From contig OX597818.1 in the NCBI GenBank assembly GCA_951406725.2, forward strand, positions 131,254,001 to 131,318,000: a DNA stretch of 64,000 bases, written 5' to 3'. The translations under genes and the position numbers were made by a program. Every line of letters starts with the position of its first letter. Position 1 is the stretch's first letter. Below are positions 1 to 11,078 of the stretch, in pieces. Source of the DNA: Octopus vulgaris. Lineage: Eukaryota. Below the pieces are notes generated by a model. That model saw only the letters and a program-made list of their open reading frames with translations, was not told the origin of the DNA and searched no databases.

Positions 1-73
1 TAATTTATGCGTCTCGAAACAAGCCGATAGAAATTTCTAAAAAATCCGTTATTACCGTATTGGTCTCAATAAG

Positions 74-177
<104 letters not shown>

Positions 178-230
178 CATATATGTATGTATGTATGCAT
201 GTATGTTTGGATGGATGGATGGATACAGAT

Positions 231-590
231 GCAGGTATGTCTGAGTGGTAAGAGGCTTGCTTCTCAACCATATGGTTCTGGGTTCTGTCCCACTGTATGG
301 CACCTTTGGCAAGTGTCTTCTACTATAACCTTGGCAAACCAAAGCTTTCTGAGTAGATTTGGGAGACAGAAACTGAAAGAAGGCCACGTGCACACATGCA
401 TGTGTGTGTGTGTTTTTGTCCCCTACCACTCCCTGATAACAGATGTTGGTGTGTTTATGCTTTTGTAACTTAGCAAAACAATAAGGACTATACTAAAGAA
501 ATAAGTACTGGGGTTGATTTGTTCAACTATACCCTTCAAGTGCTCCAGCATGGCTGCAGTTCAATGACTGAAACAAATAAAAGAAGATAA
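231..590 (+). mobile_element. SINE family A (tRNA-derived head, CORE-like segment, internal TA/TG microsatellite), diverged copy
   Basis: A-box-like gagtggtaag, B-box-like ggttctgtccc, ctttggcaagtgtcttctactata, tail tgactgaaacaaataaaaga; homologous to the many other family A copies listed here. Confidence 0.9.
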
Positions 591-1005
591 AAGGAGAAAA
601 AGAACTGAGAATAGCCCTTGTGTGCACCATTTCAGAACTACTGACAAAGAGGCTTCCTTGGTGAATCAACCCTGAAAGGCTCCTTTCTTAAGGGCACCTA
701 TATCGGTCTAGTTTTATGTCACTTGATTAATGAGAGGTAAAAATCTAGATATTTAATGCATTCCATCACTGATGAAATTCTATGACAACCTGAGACCAGC
801 TTGTAGCATTGAAGTAAACAGAAGAAAAACAAACAAAATGAATTTTTTCATTAACAAAGCACAAAACTCTTCGGTAGATTTGGACTCAATACATGCAAAT
901 AGGTATTGCAATATCTGATCCATCAAGTCAATTGTTTTTCGAAGATTTTTTCCTATCTATAGCCATATGCGTATTTATTGCTGACTTAAAAATAATACAT
1001 TTATA

Positions 1006-1424
1006 GAAGGCGGTGAGCTGGCAGAAACGTTAGCACACCGGGCAAAATGCGTAGCCGCATTTCGTCTGCCGTTACGTTCTGAGTTCAAATTCCGCCGAGG
1101 TCGACTTTGCCTTTCATTCTATCGGGGTCGATAAATAAAGTACCAGTTACGCACTGGGGTCTATGTAATCGACTTAATCCCTTTGTCTGTCCTTGTTTGT
1201 CCTCACTATGTTTAGCCCCTTGTGGGTAATAAAAAGATAGGTATTTCGTCTGTCGCTACGTTCTGAGTTCAAATTCCGCCGAGGTCAACTTTGCCTTTCA
1301 TCCTTTCGGGGTCGATAAATAAAGTACCAGTTACGCACTGGGGTCGATGTAATCGACTTAATCCCTCTGTCTGTCCTTGTTTGTCCCCTTTAATGTTTAG
1401 CCCCTTGTGGGCAGTAAAGAAATA
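1006..1424 (+). mobile_element. SINE family B, dimeric copy
   Basis: Head gaaggcggtgagctggcagaa, B box gagttcaaattcc, central gtcgactttgcctttcatcctttcggggtcgataaataaagtacc, 184-bp internal tandem unit, TSD aatacatttata at 994-1005 and 1425-1436. Confidence 0.93.
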
Positions 1425-1739
1425 AATACATTTATAATGACACAAAGTTACCAAGTGAAACTACAAAATATTTCTTCCCCTGCTTGTGTCCACTACTGTA
1501 AGAATCACGGCACATTTCAATCCAACACTGCATTCATGGAGTGGGATAAGATATGAAGCAATTACATTTAGATATTAAAGATTTTCTTAGAAATTCTAAT
1601 TTCTTCCTGTTACTTTATTCCATCTATCTTTCTCTCTCATCTCTCTTTCTCTTGACATGCCACAAACACACACAAATACATAAACAGATATTATCCCCTT
1701 CTCTCTTTTCTTCCTCAATTTTCTTTACATTCTACACAT

Positions 1740-1740
<1 letters not shown>

Positions 1741-1823
<83 letters not shown>

Positions 1824-1836
1824 ATACTCACACACA
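1741..1836. repeat. (CA)n microsatellite
   Basis: Direct reading. Confidence 0.97.
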
Positions 1837-2701
1837 TGCATTACTTCTGTCTTTCTGCCTCTCCCTCGTCTCTCTTTCAATTATAATTTCCCCAGTGAAA
1901 CCTAATTTATGATGATGAAGAAATGACTCTAGTCTTTAATTAGGGATTTTCATCAGCTGGAGTCAGCGCATAAGTAGAGGGCTCTGACCCTAGCGTACAT
2001 CCTTTTATAAGGTTATCATCAGGCATAATAGTCAAACCTGATCCTGATCATGATGATAATGATAATGACTACTACCACCGCCGCCAACACCACCACCACC
2101 ACCACCACCAACACCACTACCACCACCACTAAACTACCATCACCACCAATCCATCACCATCATCATCATCACCATCATCAACAACAATGACACTGTCAAC
2201 TCTCTGTTGATCTTTATGATCATATGCCTTGATGCAGTCACTTTAAAATCTATAATTTCACCTATCCTCCATCTTTCTGAAGAAAGCTCACAAAGGGCCG
2301 AGAAAGGGTAGACCCATGTTCTGATGACCATCTGAAGCCTAATCACAGGATCAAATCTAGCTGTAGGCCTTCTGTAGTACGTTTTAGCTAAGACGTGTTA
2401 CTCTATGTCTCAATTATGCAGAACAATTGAAATTTAGTTCAGCACTGTCCATGGAACATTGTTATTGTTGTTGTTGATGTTGCCATTGTTGTTTAGCCCC
2501 TGGTCTGCTTTGATTGAGCATACCTATGAGCAAAATCATTCCAGCCATAACAGTCCCAGTGTTATTAGAAGGATGTCTGAGACTACATTAAATATTTATC
2601 GATTGATAACTTTGGCTGATTTAATCAACCAATCACCTATCTACTAATTTCAAATCTCATGTCTATATACACTCTTATAGGTAGAACATTATACCCATTT
2701 A

Positions 2702-3085
2702 GGCGCAATGGCCCAGTGGTTAGGGCAGCGGACTCGCGATCATAGGATTGTGGTTTCGATTCCCAGACTGGGCGTTGTGAGTGTTTATTGAGCGAAAACA
2801 CCTAAAGCTCCACGAGGCTCCGGCAGGGATGGTGGTGATCCCTGCTGTACTCTTTCACCACAACTTTCTCTCAGTCTTACTTCCTGTTTCTGTTGTACCT
2901 GTATTTCAAAGGGCCGGCCTTGTCACTCTCTGTGTCACGCTGAATATCCCCGAGAACTACGTCAAGGGTTCACGTGTCTGTGGAGTGCTCAGCCACTTAC
3001 ACGTTAATTTCACGAGCAGGCTGTTCCGTTGATTCGGATCAACCGGAACCCTCGTCGTCTTAACTGACGGAGTGCTTCCCCATCC
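2702..3085 (+). mobile_element. SINE family C (tRNA-derived, possibly octopus OR-type)
   Basis: Head ggcgcaatggcccagtggttagggcagcggactcgc...ggtttcgattccc with A and B boxes; near-identical copies at 13462, 41661 and 58580; flanked by a 138-bp direct repeat. Confidence 0.93.
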
Positions 3086-3391
3086 ATTAGAAGGATGTCT
3101 GAGACTACATTAAATATTTAATATTTATCAATTGATAACTTTGGCTGATTTAATCAACCACTCACCTATCTACTAATTTCAAATCTCATGTCTATATACA
3201 CTCTTATAGGTAGAACATTATACCCATTTATAGGTGGCACATTAGTAAAATCAGATATAATGTCTTGTGGTATCTGTTCCAACTATCTGTGCTTTGAGTT
3301 CAAATTCTTCTGAAGTCATCTTTGCTTTCCATTCTTTCAAGGTTGATAACAAAAAGTACCAATCCAGGATAGGTGGATTGGTGAAACTGCA

Positions 3392-3871
3392 AGAATGTTG
3401 GACTGGATGCCATGTGGTATTTGTTCCAGTTCTTTGCATTCTACATTCAAGTCTTGCCCAGGACTAATTGGGTGGTATACTGAAGCCATCTTCCAGTTTA
3501 ACACCACCATATGGTACCTTGAATGCCTTTAGCAATACCTGCTCTGTTGCGAACATGTGGACCACGTCTCTAGTTTGAGCATATTTCTACCCGCTCTTCT
3601 ACCAGTCTTTGAGGCTTTGTAAAGGGTCATAGAATGTTGGACTGGATGCCATGTGGTATTTGTTCCAGTTCCTTGCATTCTACATTCAAATCTTGCCCAG
3701 GACTAATTGGGTGGTATACTGAAGCCATCTTCCAGTTTAACACCACCATATGGTACCTTGAATGCCTTTAGCAATGCCTGCTCTGTTGCGAACATGTGGA
3801 CCAGGTCTCTAGTTTGAGCATATTTCTACCCGCTCTTCTACCAGTCTTTGAGGCTTTGTAAAGGGTCATAG
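3392..3871. repeat. Tandem duplication, 2 x 239 bp
   Basis: agaatgttggactggatgcc...aaagggtcat starts at 3392 and again at 3631, with only a few substitutions. Confidence 0.97.
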
Positions 3872-4653
3872 GCACTAGCTTTCCTCCTGAGTAAAAGATA
3901 TGAAAGAAATTCTCTTCTAAGAGCACCTCTACTCATATGACACAAAATTGTCCAAGTGTTTATTTTTAAATGAAAACTTTTTATAATTAATTTGTCTCAA
4001 GTTGTTGAGATTCTAATGAATGACAAAATAGTGCTATACATGTATATTAATGACTAGAAGCTTCAAAAACGTTATGTTGGCAAAAAAAAAAAATAATAAT
4101 AATAATAAAGAATGTCCTCTGTACACTCTGTACTCTTTGATGTAAATTCCAAATTTTCAATTCAACCGCCACTTTATTTAATCTGGAGATGATTGCCCTC
4201 CCTATAATAGTTAACCACCATGAGCACACTGCATGTTTTCTTTAATTTCATTTTATGTAAAAATCTTTACATAATAATGGAAGATTTAGTAATTCTACTT
4301 AGAATGCTCTGTATCCTGGAGTATTTTCAAAATTAATTGAAATACACAAACAGTTGATCTCATTAGAAATGTGGTCACATAAAAAGTTAATACACATTAG
4401 CCATTGGATTACTACATCAGTTTTGTAACAGCCATCAAAATATATGTTACAATAGTTATATAACAGAATGGAAGCTGTCATGAGGCATATACGGATGAGC
4501 AAGTAATAATAGTTGTTATTGTTGTTCAGTCCTGATTAAGCAGACTAGTATCAAAAGTATTTTAGTCATGACCAGGCTATGAGATGAATTCCAGAAGTTT
4601 GGAGACATTTTTTAAGAGAGGCAGTTATAACTGTTCTAGATTATTGTGATTTT

Positions 4654-5033
4654 AGTGGCTGTGTGGTAAGTAGCTTGCTTACCAACCACATGGTTCCGGG
4701 TTCAGTCCTACTGGGTGGCACCTTGGGAGAGTGTCTTCTACTTTGGCCTCAGGCTGACCAAAGCTTTGTAAGTGGATTTGGTAGATGGAAACTGAAAGAA
4801 GCCCGTCGTATATATGTATATGTATATATATATGTGTGTGTGTTTGTATGTCTGTGTTTGTTCCCCTAACACCACCTGACAACCGATGTTGGTGTGTTTA
4901 CGTCCCCATAACTTAGCAGTTCGGCAAAGAGACCGATAGAATAAGTACAAGGCTCACAAAGAATAAGTCCTAAAGGCGGTGCTCCAGCATGGCCGCAGTC
5001 AAATGACAGAAACAAGTAAAAGAGTAAAAGAGT
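4654..5033 (+). mobile_element. SINE family A
   Basis: agtggctgtgtggtaagtagcttgc...aagtaaaagagtaaaagagt, matches other copies. Confidence 0.95.
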
Positions 5034-5040
5034 ATATATC

Positions 5041-5674
5041 TGTAGCAGAAGTGTGTAATGCTTTTATCATGCTTGGCTGTTTAAGCTTAAATACAGCAGA
5101 ATAGGCTCACCAGATATTTTCTTTCCATTGAGCCACATGATCCAGTGGCTTGTCAAACTAGTTGCATGCATTGGTCAGTTACCAACTGTCCAGTCACGTG
5201 TTTGCAACAGTTTATTTTCAACATGGGAAAGACCACTTTGTCTCTGGAGCCTACCCAGGATTATAAAAACCCTTGTGTTCTGCCTCACTTGGTCTTTGGG
5301 AGCAGCCATTGACCACACACCATGTCTCTTTGGACCAGCGTTGATGAACCAGAAATCCAGCCTGTCTCAAAGCTTTCTTCAACCAGATTTTTCCAGTCTT
5401 CTTTGTTACCGCAACAGACAGCAGCTTACAGCCACATCAACAGATCCAGAAGAATTGAAGTCATTTAAATCCTTGTTCCAGACTAATATAATCATCATTC
5501 TCTTTTGGCAATCTCAGTTTTATAACAAGAGGAATAAACCGTCGCTTATTCAACTTATCCAAATCTTATTGTTTGCCTACTTCTTTCCCCGTTATATATC
5601 TAATAAACTGACTTGCTATCTTTTGTTATTCCAGACCAAAGGTTGTAAGAGCACTTTCAACACCTCTTACTAAA
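5041..5674 (+). mobile_element. Possible solo LTR inserted in the mariner
   Basis: Starts TG, imperfect inverted ends (tgtagcagaagtgt / acacctcttactaaa), TATAAAA at 5262, AATAAA at 5533; no clean TSD or CA end. Confidence 0.45.
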
Positions 5675-5678
5675 TACT

Positions 5679-6095
5679 TATTTCTTTACTACCCACAAGG
5701 GGCTAAACACAGAGGGGACAAACGAGGACAGACAAAGGGATTAAGTCGATTATATCGACCCCAGTGCGTAACTGGTACTTAATTCATCGACCCCGAAAGG
5801 ATGAAAGGCAAAGTCGACCTCGGCGGAATTTGAACTCAGAATGTAGTGGCAGACGAAATACCTATTTCTTTACTAACCACAAGGGGCTAAACAGAGGGGT
5901 GACAAACGAGGACAGACAAAGGGATTAAGTCGATTATATCGACCCCAGTGCGTAACTGGTACTTATTTAATCGACCCCGAAAGGATGAAAGACAAAGTCG
6001 ACCTCGGTGGAATTTGAACTCAGAACGTAACTGCAGACGAAATACTGCTACGCATTTTGCCCGGCATGCTAACGTTTCTGCCAACTCGCCGCCTT
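5679..6095 (-). mobile_element. SINE family B, dimeric copy
   Basis: Reverse complement of 1006-1424 with the same internal junction; direct repeat cttactaaatact at 5666-5678 and 6093-6105. Confidence 0.93.
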
Positions 6096-6252
6096 ACTAA
6101 ATACTGACTCATTTGCAGAATGCATTTGGGATGTGAAGATAATTTGGAAGTTCACTATGCAATAAAGCTTTGTATTAAACTGGGTAAAAATGTTACAGGA
6201 TCTTATGTAATGTTCTTATGGATTAACATTTTCACTGGCACAAGAGGTTTAA

Positions 6253-6472
6253 CCCTTTAGTGTTCAGATTACTCTGTTAAATGTAATACTTTTTCACTCA
6301 AATTTATTTTAATTAATCATGCATTATCTTATAGCTTTGAGGTTTCAATGACGTGATAGTTTATTTTTAGAATGTCAATGTAGGTTAGGAGTGAGAGGCT
6401 AGATATCGCCAGTTTGAATATAAAACATGTAGAATATTTGGGCTGGATATGGCCAGTTTGAACACTAAAGAG
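6253..6472 (-). mobile_element. piggyBac-like MITE (family D)
   Basis: TTAA at 6249-6252 and 6473-6476, TIRs ccctttagtgttca / tgaacactaaagag; removing it restores the mariner frame HKRF-KDG. Confidence 0.85.
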
Positions 6473-6920
6473 TTAAGGATGGTAGAGAGAGGAGGTGAAA
6501 GATGGTGAGAGGTGTGGGAGGGAGGGAACATCAAAACATTAGAATGGGTTGAGAAAATTCACAATTTTGTGGATAAGCATTATGTGTCTATAAGGACAAT
6601 AAGCATACAGTTTGGAGTTGGTGTGGCATTTGTGCACAGACTTACGAAGATCTGAACATGTGCAAAGTTTATTTTCAGGGTACTCAGTGACAAGCATCCT
6701 GATAACCAAGTACTTGACAGGGATGGGTATCAAAATTGTCTCTCACCCTCCCTACAGTCCAGACCTTGCTCTCTGTAACTTTTTGTTGTTCCCCAAGCTG
6801 AAGGAGAACTGCTGGGTGGTTATTTTAAAGATGAAGGAGGCTGTGACAAGTGTCCTGGACACCTTCACTCTTAAAGATTTTCTTGGGATTTTCACATAGT
6901 GGCTGGAATATTACAACAAA

Positions 6921-7230
6921 GACCACCCCCTCCGGTCATGAATGACCATGGGATTGCACCTAGAAAGTTACCATCCAAAGCACAGGTCTGGACAGGGTTA
7001 TTTTATGGAAGACCAGCAGTCACCCATGCATACCAGTTTACTGTCTCTATGCCACTAATGTTACCCAAGGGAAAGGCAAAAGCCAATACAACTTGGTACC
7101 AATGGCATCACAACTCATTTCTACTGCTGAGTGAAATAAAATGTCTTGCTCAAGAACACAACACACAGTTCAGTCTGGAATCGAACTCACTACTGCATGA
7201 CTGTGAGTCCAATATTCTAACCACTATGCC
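6921..7230 (-). mobile_element. tRNA/CORE-like SINE (family F) inside the mariner
   Basis: Minus-strand head ggcatagtggttaga...gagttcgattcc, tcttgagcaagacatttt; TSD ttacaacaa at 6911-6919 and 7231-7239. Confidence 0.85.
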
Positions 7231-7963
7231 TTACAACAAGTGTATTGAATCCAGTGGATTCTACTTTGAAGAACATTAGAGTTTTGTACTTCTTTGAAAT
7301 TAGTAAGTCTCTCCTGAAAAAGTTTCTACAGTTCTGAGATAGACCTTGTCACTTTCAAACCAGTCTAAGGCTACATAATTATAAATGTCCTCCTTTTTTT
7401 AAGACAGTAGGGTGGTACTTGAGGAAGATATGACATCTATTTCTACAAACTTGAATGACCACTTAGAACCTCCCTTTCCAAGTTGGCTCTAACTTTTTTT
7501 CTTTTTCTTTTTTTTTTTTTTATTATTGCTACCATTCTGGCTGGATGTGACTGAAACAAAGAACAATTTCTAACTGGAATAACTTAAACAAATCCTTATA
7601 TATGATGTAAACATTAATCTATTATTAAAGTACAACAGTGGTCCAGTGGTCAGGGAAGAGTCAGAATTGAAGGGTAAGAATGAGGGACAGAAAAAAAAGG
7701 GCAGGTAGGTTTGTAAAGATAGATTAGATGGTGGAATTGATGGAGAGGGTAATCCTTTGCGAGCATGGTCAGAGAGAAGGGGAGAGAATAGTGGTGGATC
7801 AAGAGGTTGTGGGTGGGAGGGAAGGCAAAGGAAGACAAATAGGTCTATGTGTATGTATGTGTATATATTTATATATGTGTGAGTGCGTGTATGTATATGT
7901 GTGTGTGTATATATATAAGTGAATGTGCATGTGTGTGCATACACACACACACATATATGTACA

Positions 7964-8390
7964 TACTCTTTACTCTTTACTCTTTTACTTGTTTCAGTCA
8001 TTTGACTGCGGCCATGCTGGAGCACTGCCTTTAGTCGAGCAAATCGACCCCGAGTCTTATTCTTTGTAAGCCCAGTACTTATTCTATCAGTCTCTTTTGC
8101 CGAACCGCTAAGTGACGGGGACGTAAACACACCAGCATCGGTTGTCAAGCAATGCTAGGGGGACAAACACAGACACACAAACAAACACACACACATACAC
8201 ATATACATATACATATATGTACATATATACGACAGGCTTCTTTCAGTTTCCGTCTACCAAATGCACTCACAAGGGATTGGTCGGCCCAGGGCTATAGCAG
8301 AAGACACTTGCCCAAGATGCCATGCAGTGGGACTGAACCCGGAACCATGTGGTTGGTTAGCAAGCTACTTACCACGCAGCCACTCCTGCG

Positions 8391-8392
<2 letters not shown>
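7964..8392 (-). mobile_element. SINE family A, young full-length copy
   Basis: Reverse complement of family A from head (gccactcctgcgcc) to (tactctt)n tail. Confidence 0.95.
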
Positions 8393-8450
<58 letters not shown>

Positions 8451-8641
8451 GTGAAAAAGAGAAAGGGAGAGAGAGAAATAATGGGAGACAGAAAGGTACA
8501 TAGCAATAGAACCAAAAGAGAGGAAGGGGCCAGAAAATGGAATCTGATCTGGAAGAATAACACAAGAAAGAGAAAGAGAGAGGAGAAAGACAGAGCATGT
8601 CTACATTAAATCAAGAAAGAAACAGTGAGAGGGAGAGAGAG

Positions 8642-8681
<40 letters not shown>

Positions 8682-9229
8682 GAAGAAGAAAAAGAAAAAC
8701 AAGGAGAAACAGGGATATATGATGAGGAGAGGACAAGTGTGATCCAAGAGAAAATGAAAAATAAGGAGAAATGAGAAGGGTGGTTAGCAATAATAATTTC
8801 AAATATAAAGAAAGAAAGAAATTAAGAACTAAAGAATGAGGGGGAAAGTGAGGGAGGCAAGAAGAAGAAAAAGAGTGTAATAAAGAAAGAGAAAGGTTCC
8901 AGAGAGAGAGGTGCAAGAAGAGAGTGAAAGAAAGATGTAGCAATCCACTGATAGCAGAGAACAATGGAGGAGCATCATGAGGAAGGATGAGGAAGGTGGT
9001 GGGCGCGAAAGAGGGATCTGCAAAGGAGCTGGTAGGTAACAGACATAAACAATAAAAATAATAACAATGGCAATGACAATAGGCATCAGTGGTAACAACA
9101 AGGAAAAATGACTAATGTCCCTTGTTGAGGCCCAAGCAAGTTTTCTTGGGAATTGTCTCCTTCTTGACCTTTTATAAACTTGTGCAGCCACCAAGCACCT
9201 CTCCCACCCACCCCGCACACCCCTCACTC

Positions 9230-9650
9230 ACCACCGCGATGATGATCACAACCACCACCACCACCACCACCACCACCACCATGATGACCATCACCACCAC
9301 CACCACCACCACCACCATAATGACCATCACCACCACCACCACCATGATGACCATCACCACCACCACCACCATAATGACCATCACCACCACCACCACCATG
9401 ATGACCATCACCACCACCACCACCATAATGACCATCACCACCACCAGCACCACCACCACCACCACCACCATGATGACCATCACCACCACCACCACCATAA
9501 TGACCATCACCACCACCACCACCATGATGACCATCACCACCACCATGATGACCATCACCACCACCACCACCACCACCACCACCACCACCACCATGACCAT
9601 CACCACCACCACCACCACCACCACCACACCACTGCCCTCCCTCACCACCA
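9230..9650. repeat. (ACC)n-based minisatellite with unit ATRATGACCATC(ACC)n
   Basis: About a dozen repeats of atgaccatc followed by ACC runs. Confidence 0.95.
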
Positions 9651-9849
9651 CTGCCAGCTGATCTGGCTACTCACCCTCCTAACCCCCACCCCCCTGCCCT
9701 GCTATCTAACACAAACACACTGTAGGTAGGAGAAGGAAGAAGGAATTATGTTGGGCAATGGGCAGACACAGGGGTAGGAAGGACTCGCGGGGGAGGGGCT
9801 CACTTAGAAAGGGATAGACTACAAGAGCCCAAGATCCACAGAGAGGCTA

Positions 9850-10131
9850 ATGTGTGTGTGTGTGTATGTATGTATGTAAGTATAAATCTCCTTTCTCTCT
9901 CTCTCACACTCTCCATATATATAAGTATATATGTAAGTATGCATACATTATATAAATGTATCTATCTATATCTATATATCTCTCTATATATATGCATATG
10001 TATGTATGTATGTATATATATGTGTGTATACATATGTGTGTGTGTGTATATATGTGTGTGTGTGTGTGTATATATATATGTGTGTGTGTGTGTATATATA
10101 TATGTATATGTGTGTGTGTGTATATATATGC

Positions 10132-10168
<37 letters not shown>

Positions 10169-10255
10169 TATACGTACATACATACATATTCATGCACCCA
10201 CAAACACACACACGCATGCACACATATATATATATATATACATATATACACATAC
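9850..10255. repeat. Compound (TG)/(TA)/(CA) microsatellite
   Basis: Direct reading. Confidence 0.93.
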
Positions 10256-10402
10256 AGAAAGCGAGAGAGATGAGTTTCATGAAAACTGAACAGAACAGAA
10301 AAGAGACAATTATTGAAGGGAAAAACGGGTGTGAACTTTAATACTCAGTCTGTTTACTGTCCAAAGTCCCATGTGACCAGAAACCAGAGAACAGATAGAG
10401 AG

Positions 10403-10452
<50 letters not shown>

Positions 10453-10479
10453 AAAGATTGAATAAAAAAAAAAGAGGGG

Positions 10480-10710
10480 GGGACCTGCTGGACGATAGCC
10501 AATCGGTACGCAGTTAAAGCAGAGAACAATGTAATCATGCTTTATCGTGTTACTTTGGTCAGCGGCCGTGAGTAAATGACCGTCTGAATATGAAATAAAG
10601 GCGGTGATGGAGTGTCTCAACTTGCACGCACAGTACCAAGCATCGCATACGCAATACGCAATACGCAGTGGGCAGCAATGGACAATACTCAGACACACGC
10701 AGTTGCATAG
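10480..10710. promoter_or_regulatory. CpG-rich unique segment with CCAAT box, candidate promoter or enhancer
   Basis: AGCCAATCG at 10497-10505, AACAATG motif, roughly 15 CpGs in 230 bp, upstream (GA)n, donor-like cc|gtgagt at 10567/10568. Confidence 0.3.
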
Positions 10711-11078
10711 ATAGACTGTTTAAACACATATTTGGTTGAGATTACATAAAAGGCTATGGAACCCCCTCAAAAGAATCTGTCTATGTTTTACTGCCATAAC
10801 GACAATCATTCATACAATTAAGAGAAGTTAGGCGGAGAAAGCCACAAAAGAAAAACTCTTTTCCAAATGTAGCTGTTCTTTGAACTAGAAAAATGTATTA
10901 TTTTTGTGATTCGTTTACTAATACCCACCAATCTGACATAATATGGAATCTTTACAGTGACAATTACTGGAGAGATTCCTAAAAATTACTGTGGTTACTA
11001 CTATTACAATGATTGTTAGGTTGGATCCAAGTTGGATTGAAGAAGGATATGATTGTTAGACAGATACGTGGGTAGATA

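Larger units (their letters stand above)
4578..7349 (+). mobile_element. Degenerate, internally deleted mariner DNA transposon split by five insertions
   Basis: Translated pieces YAIKLCIKLGKNVTGSYVM (about 6158-6215), FHWHKRF/KDGRE across a MITE, HPPYSPDLALCNFLLFPKLK (about 6744-6803, mariner YSPDL motif), WLEYYNK/CIESSGFYFEEH* across a SINE; weak inverted termini near 4578 and 7349. Confidence 0.85.

Noticed and set aside
1-73. GAAAC-containing segment before (TA)n, possibly the 3' half of another hammerhead or Penelope terminus
   Set aside because: Truncated by the window edge; no CTGANGA or stems visible.
760-900. CTGATGA at about 769 and a weak FFINK...FGLN-like peptide reminiscent of a GIY-YIG C-terminus
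   Set aside because: No intact GAAA or stems and the frame is broken; too degenerate to call.
1917-2370. Several CTGANGA words on both strands
   Set aside because: No matching GAAAC with convincing stems I and II; such words are expected by chance near GAT/CAT repeats.
2702-2775. tRNA gene calls for SINE heads (also at 24715-24780 and other copies)
   Set aside because: A and B boxes are present, but there is no complete cloverleaf and the heads are fused to SINE bodies.
5128-5673. 181-aa ORF
   Set aside because: Non-ATG start, no recognisable domain, and it lies in an LTR-like block.
9122-9661. Thr-rich mucin-like ORF
   Set aside because: Pure ACC/ATG minisatellite with no signal peptide or splice context.
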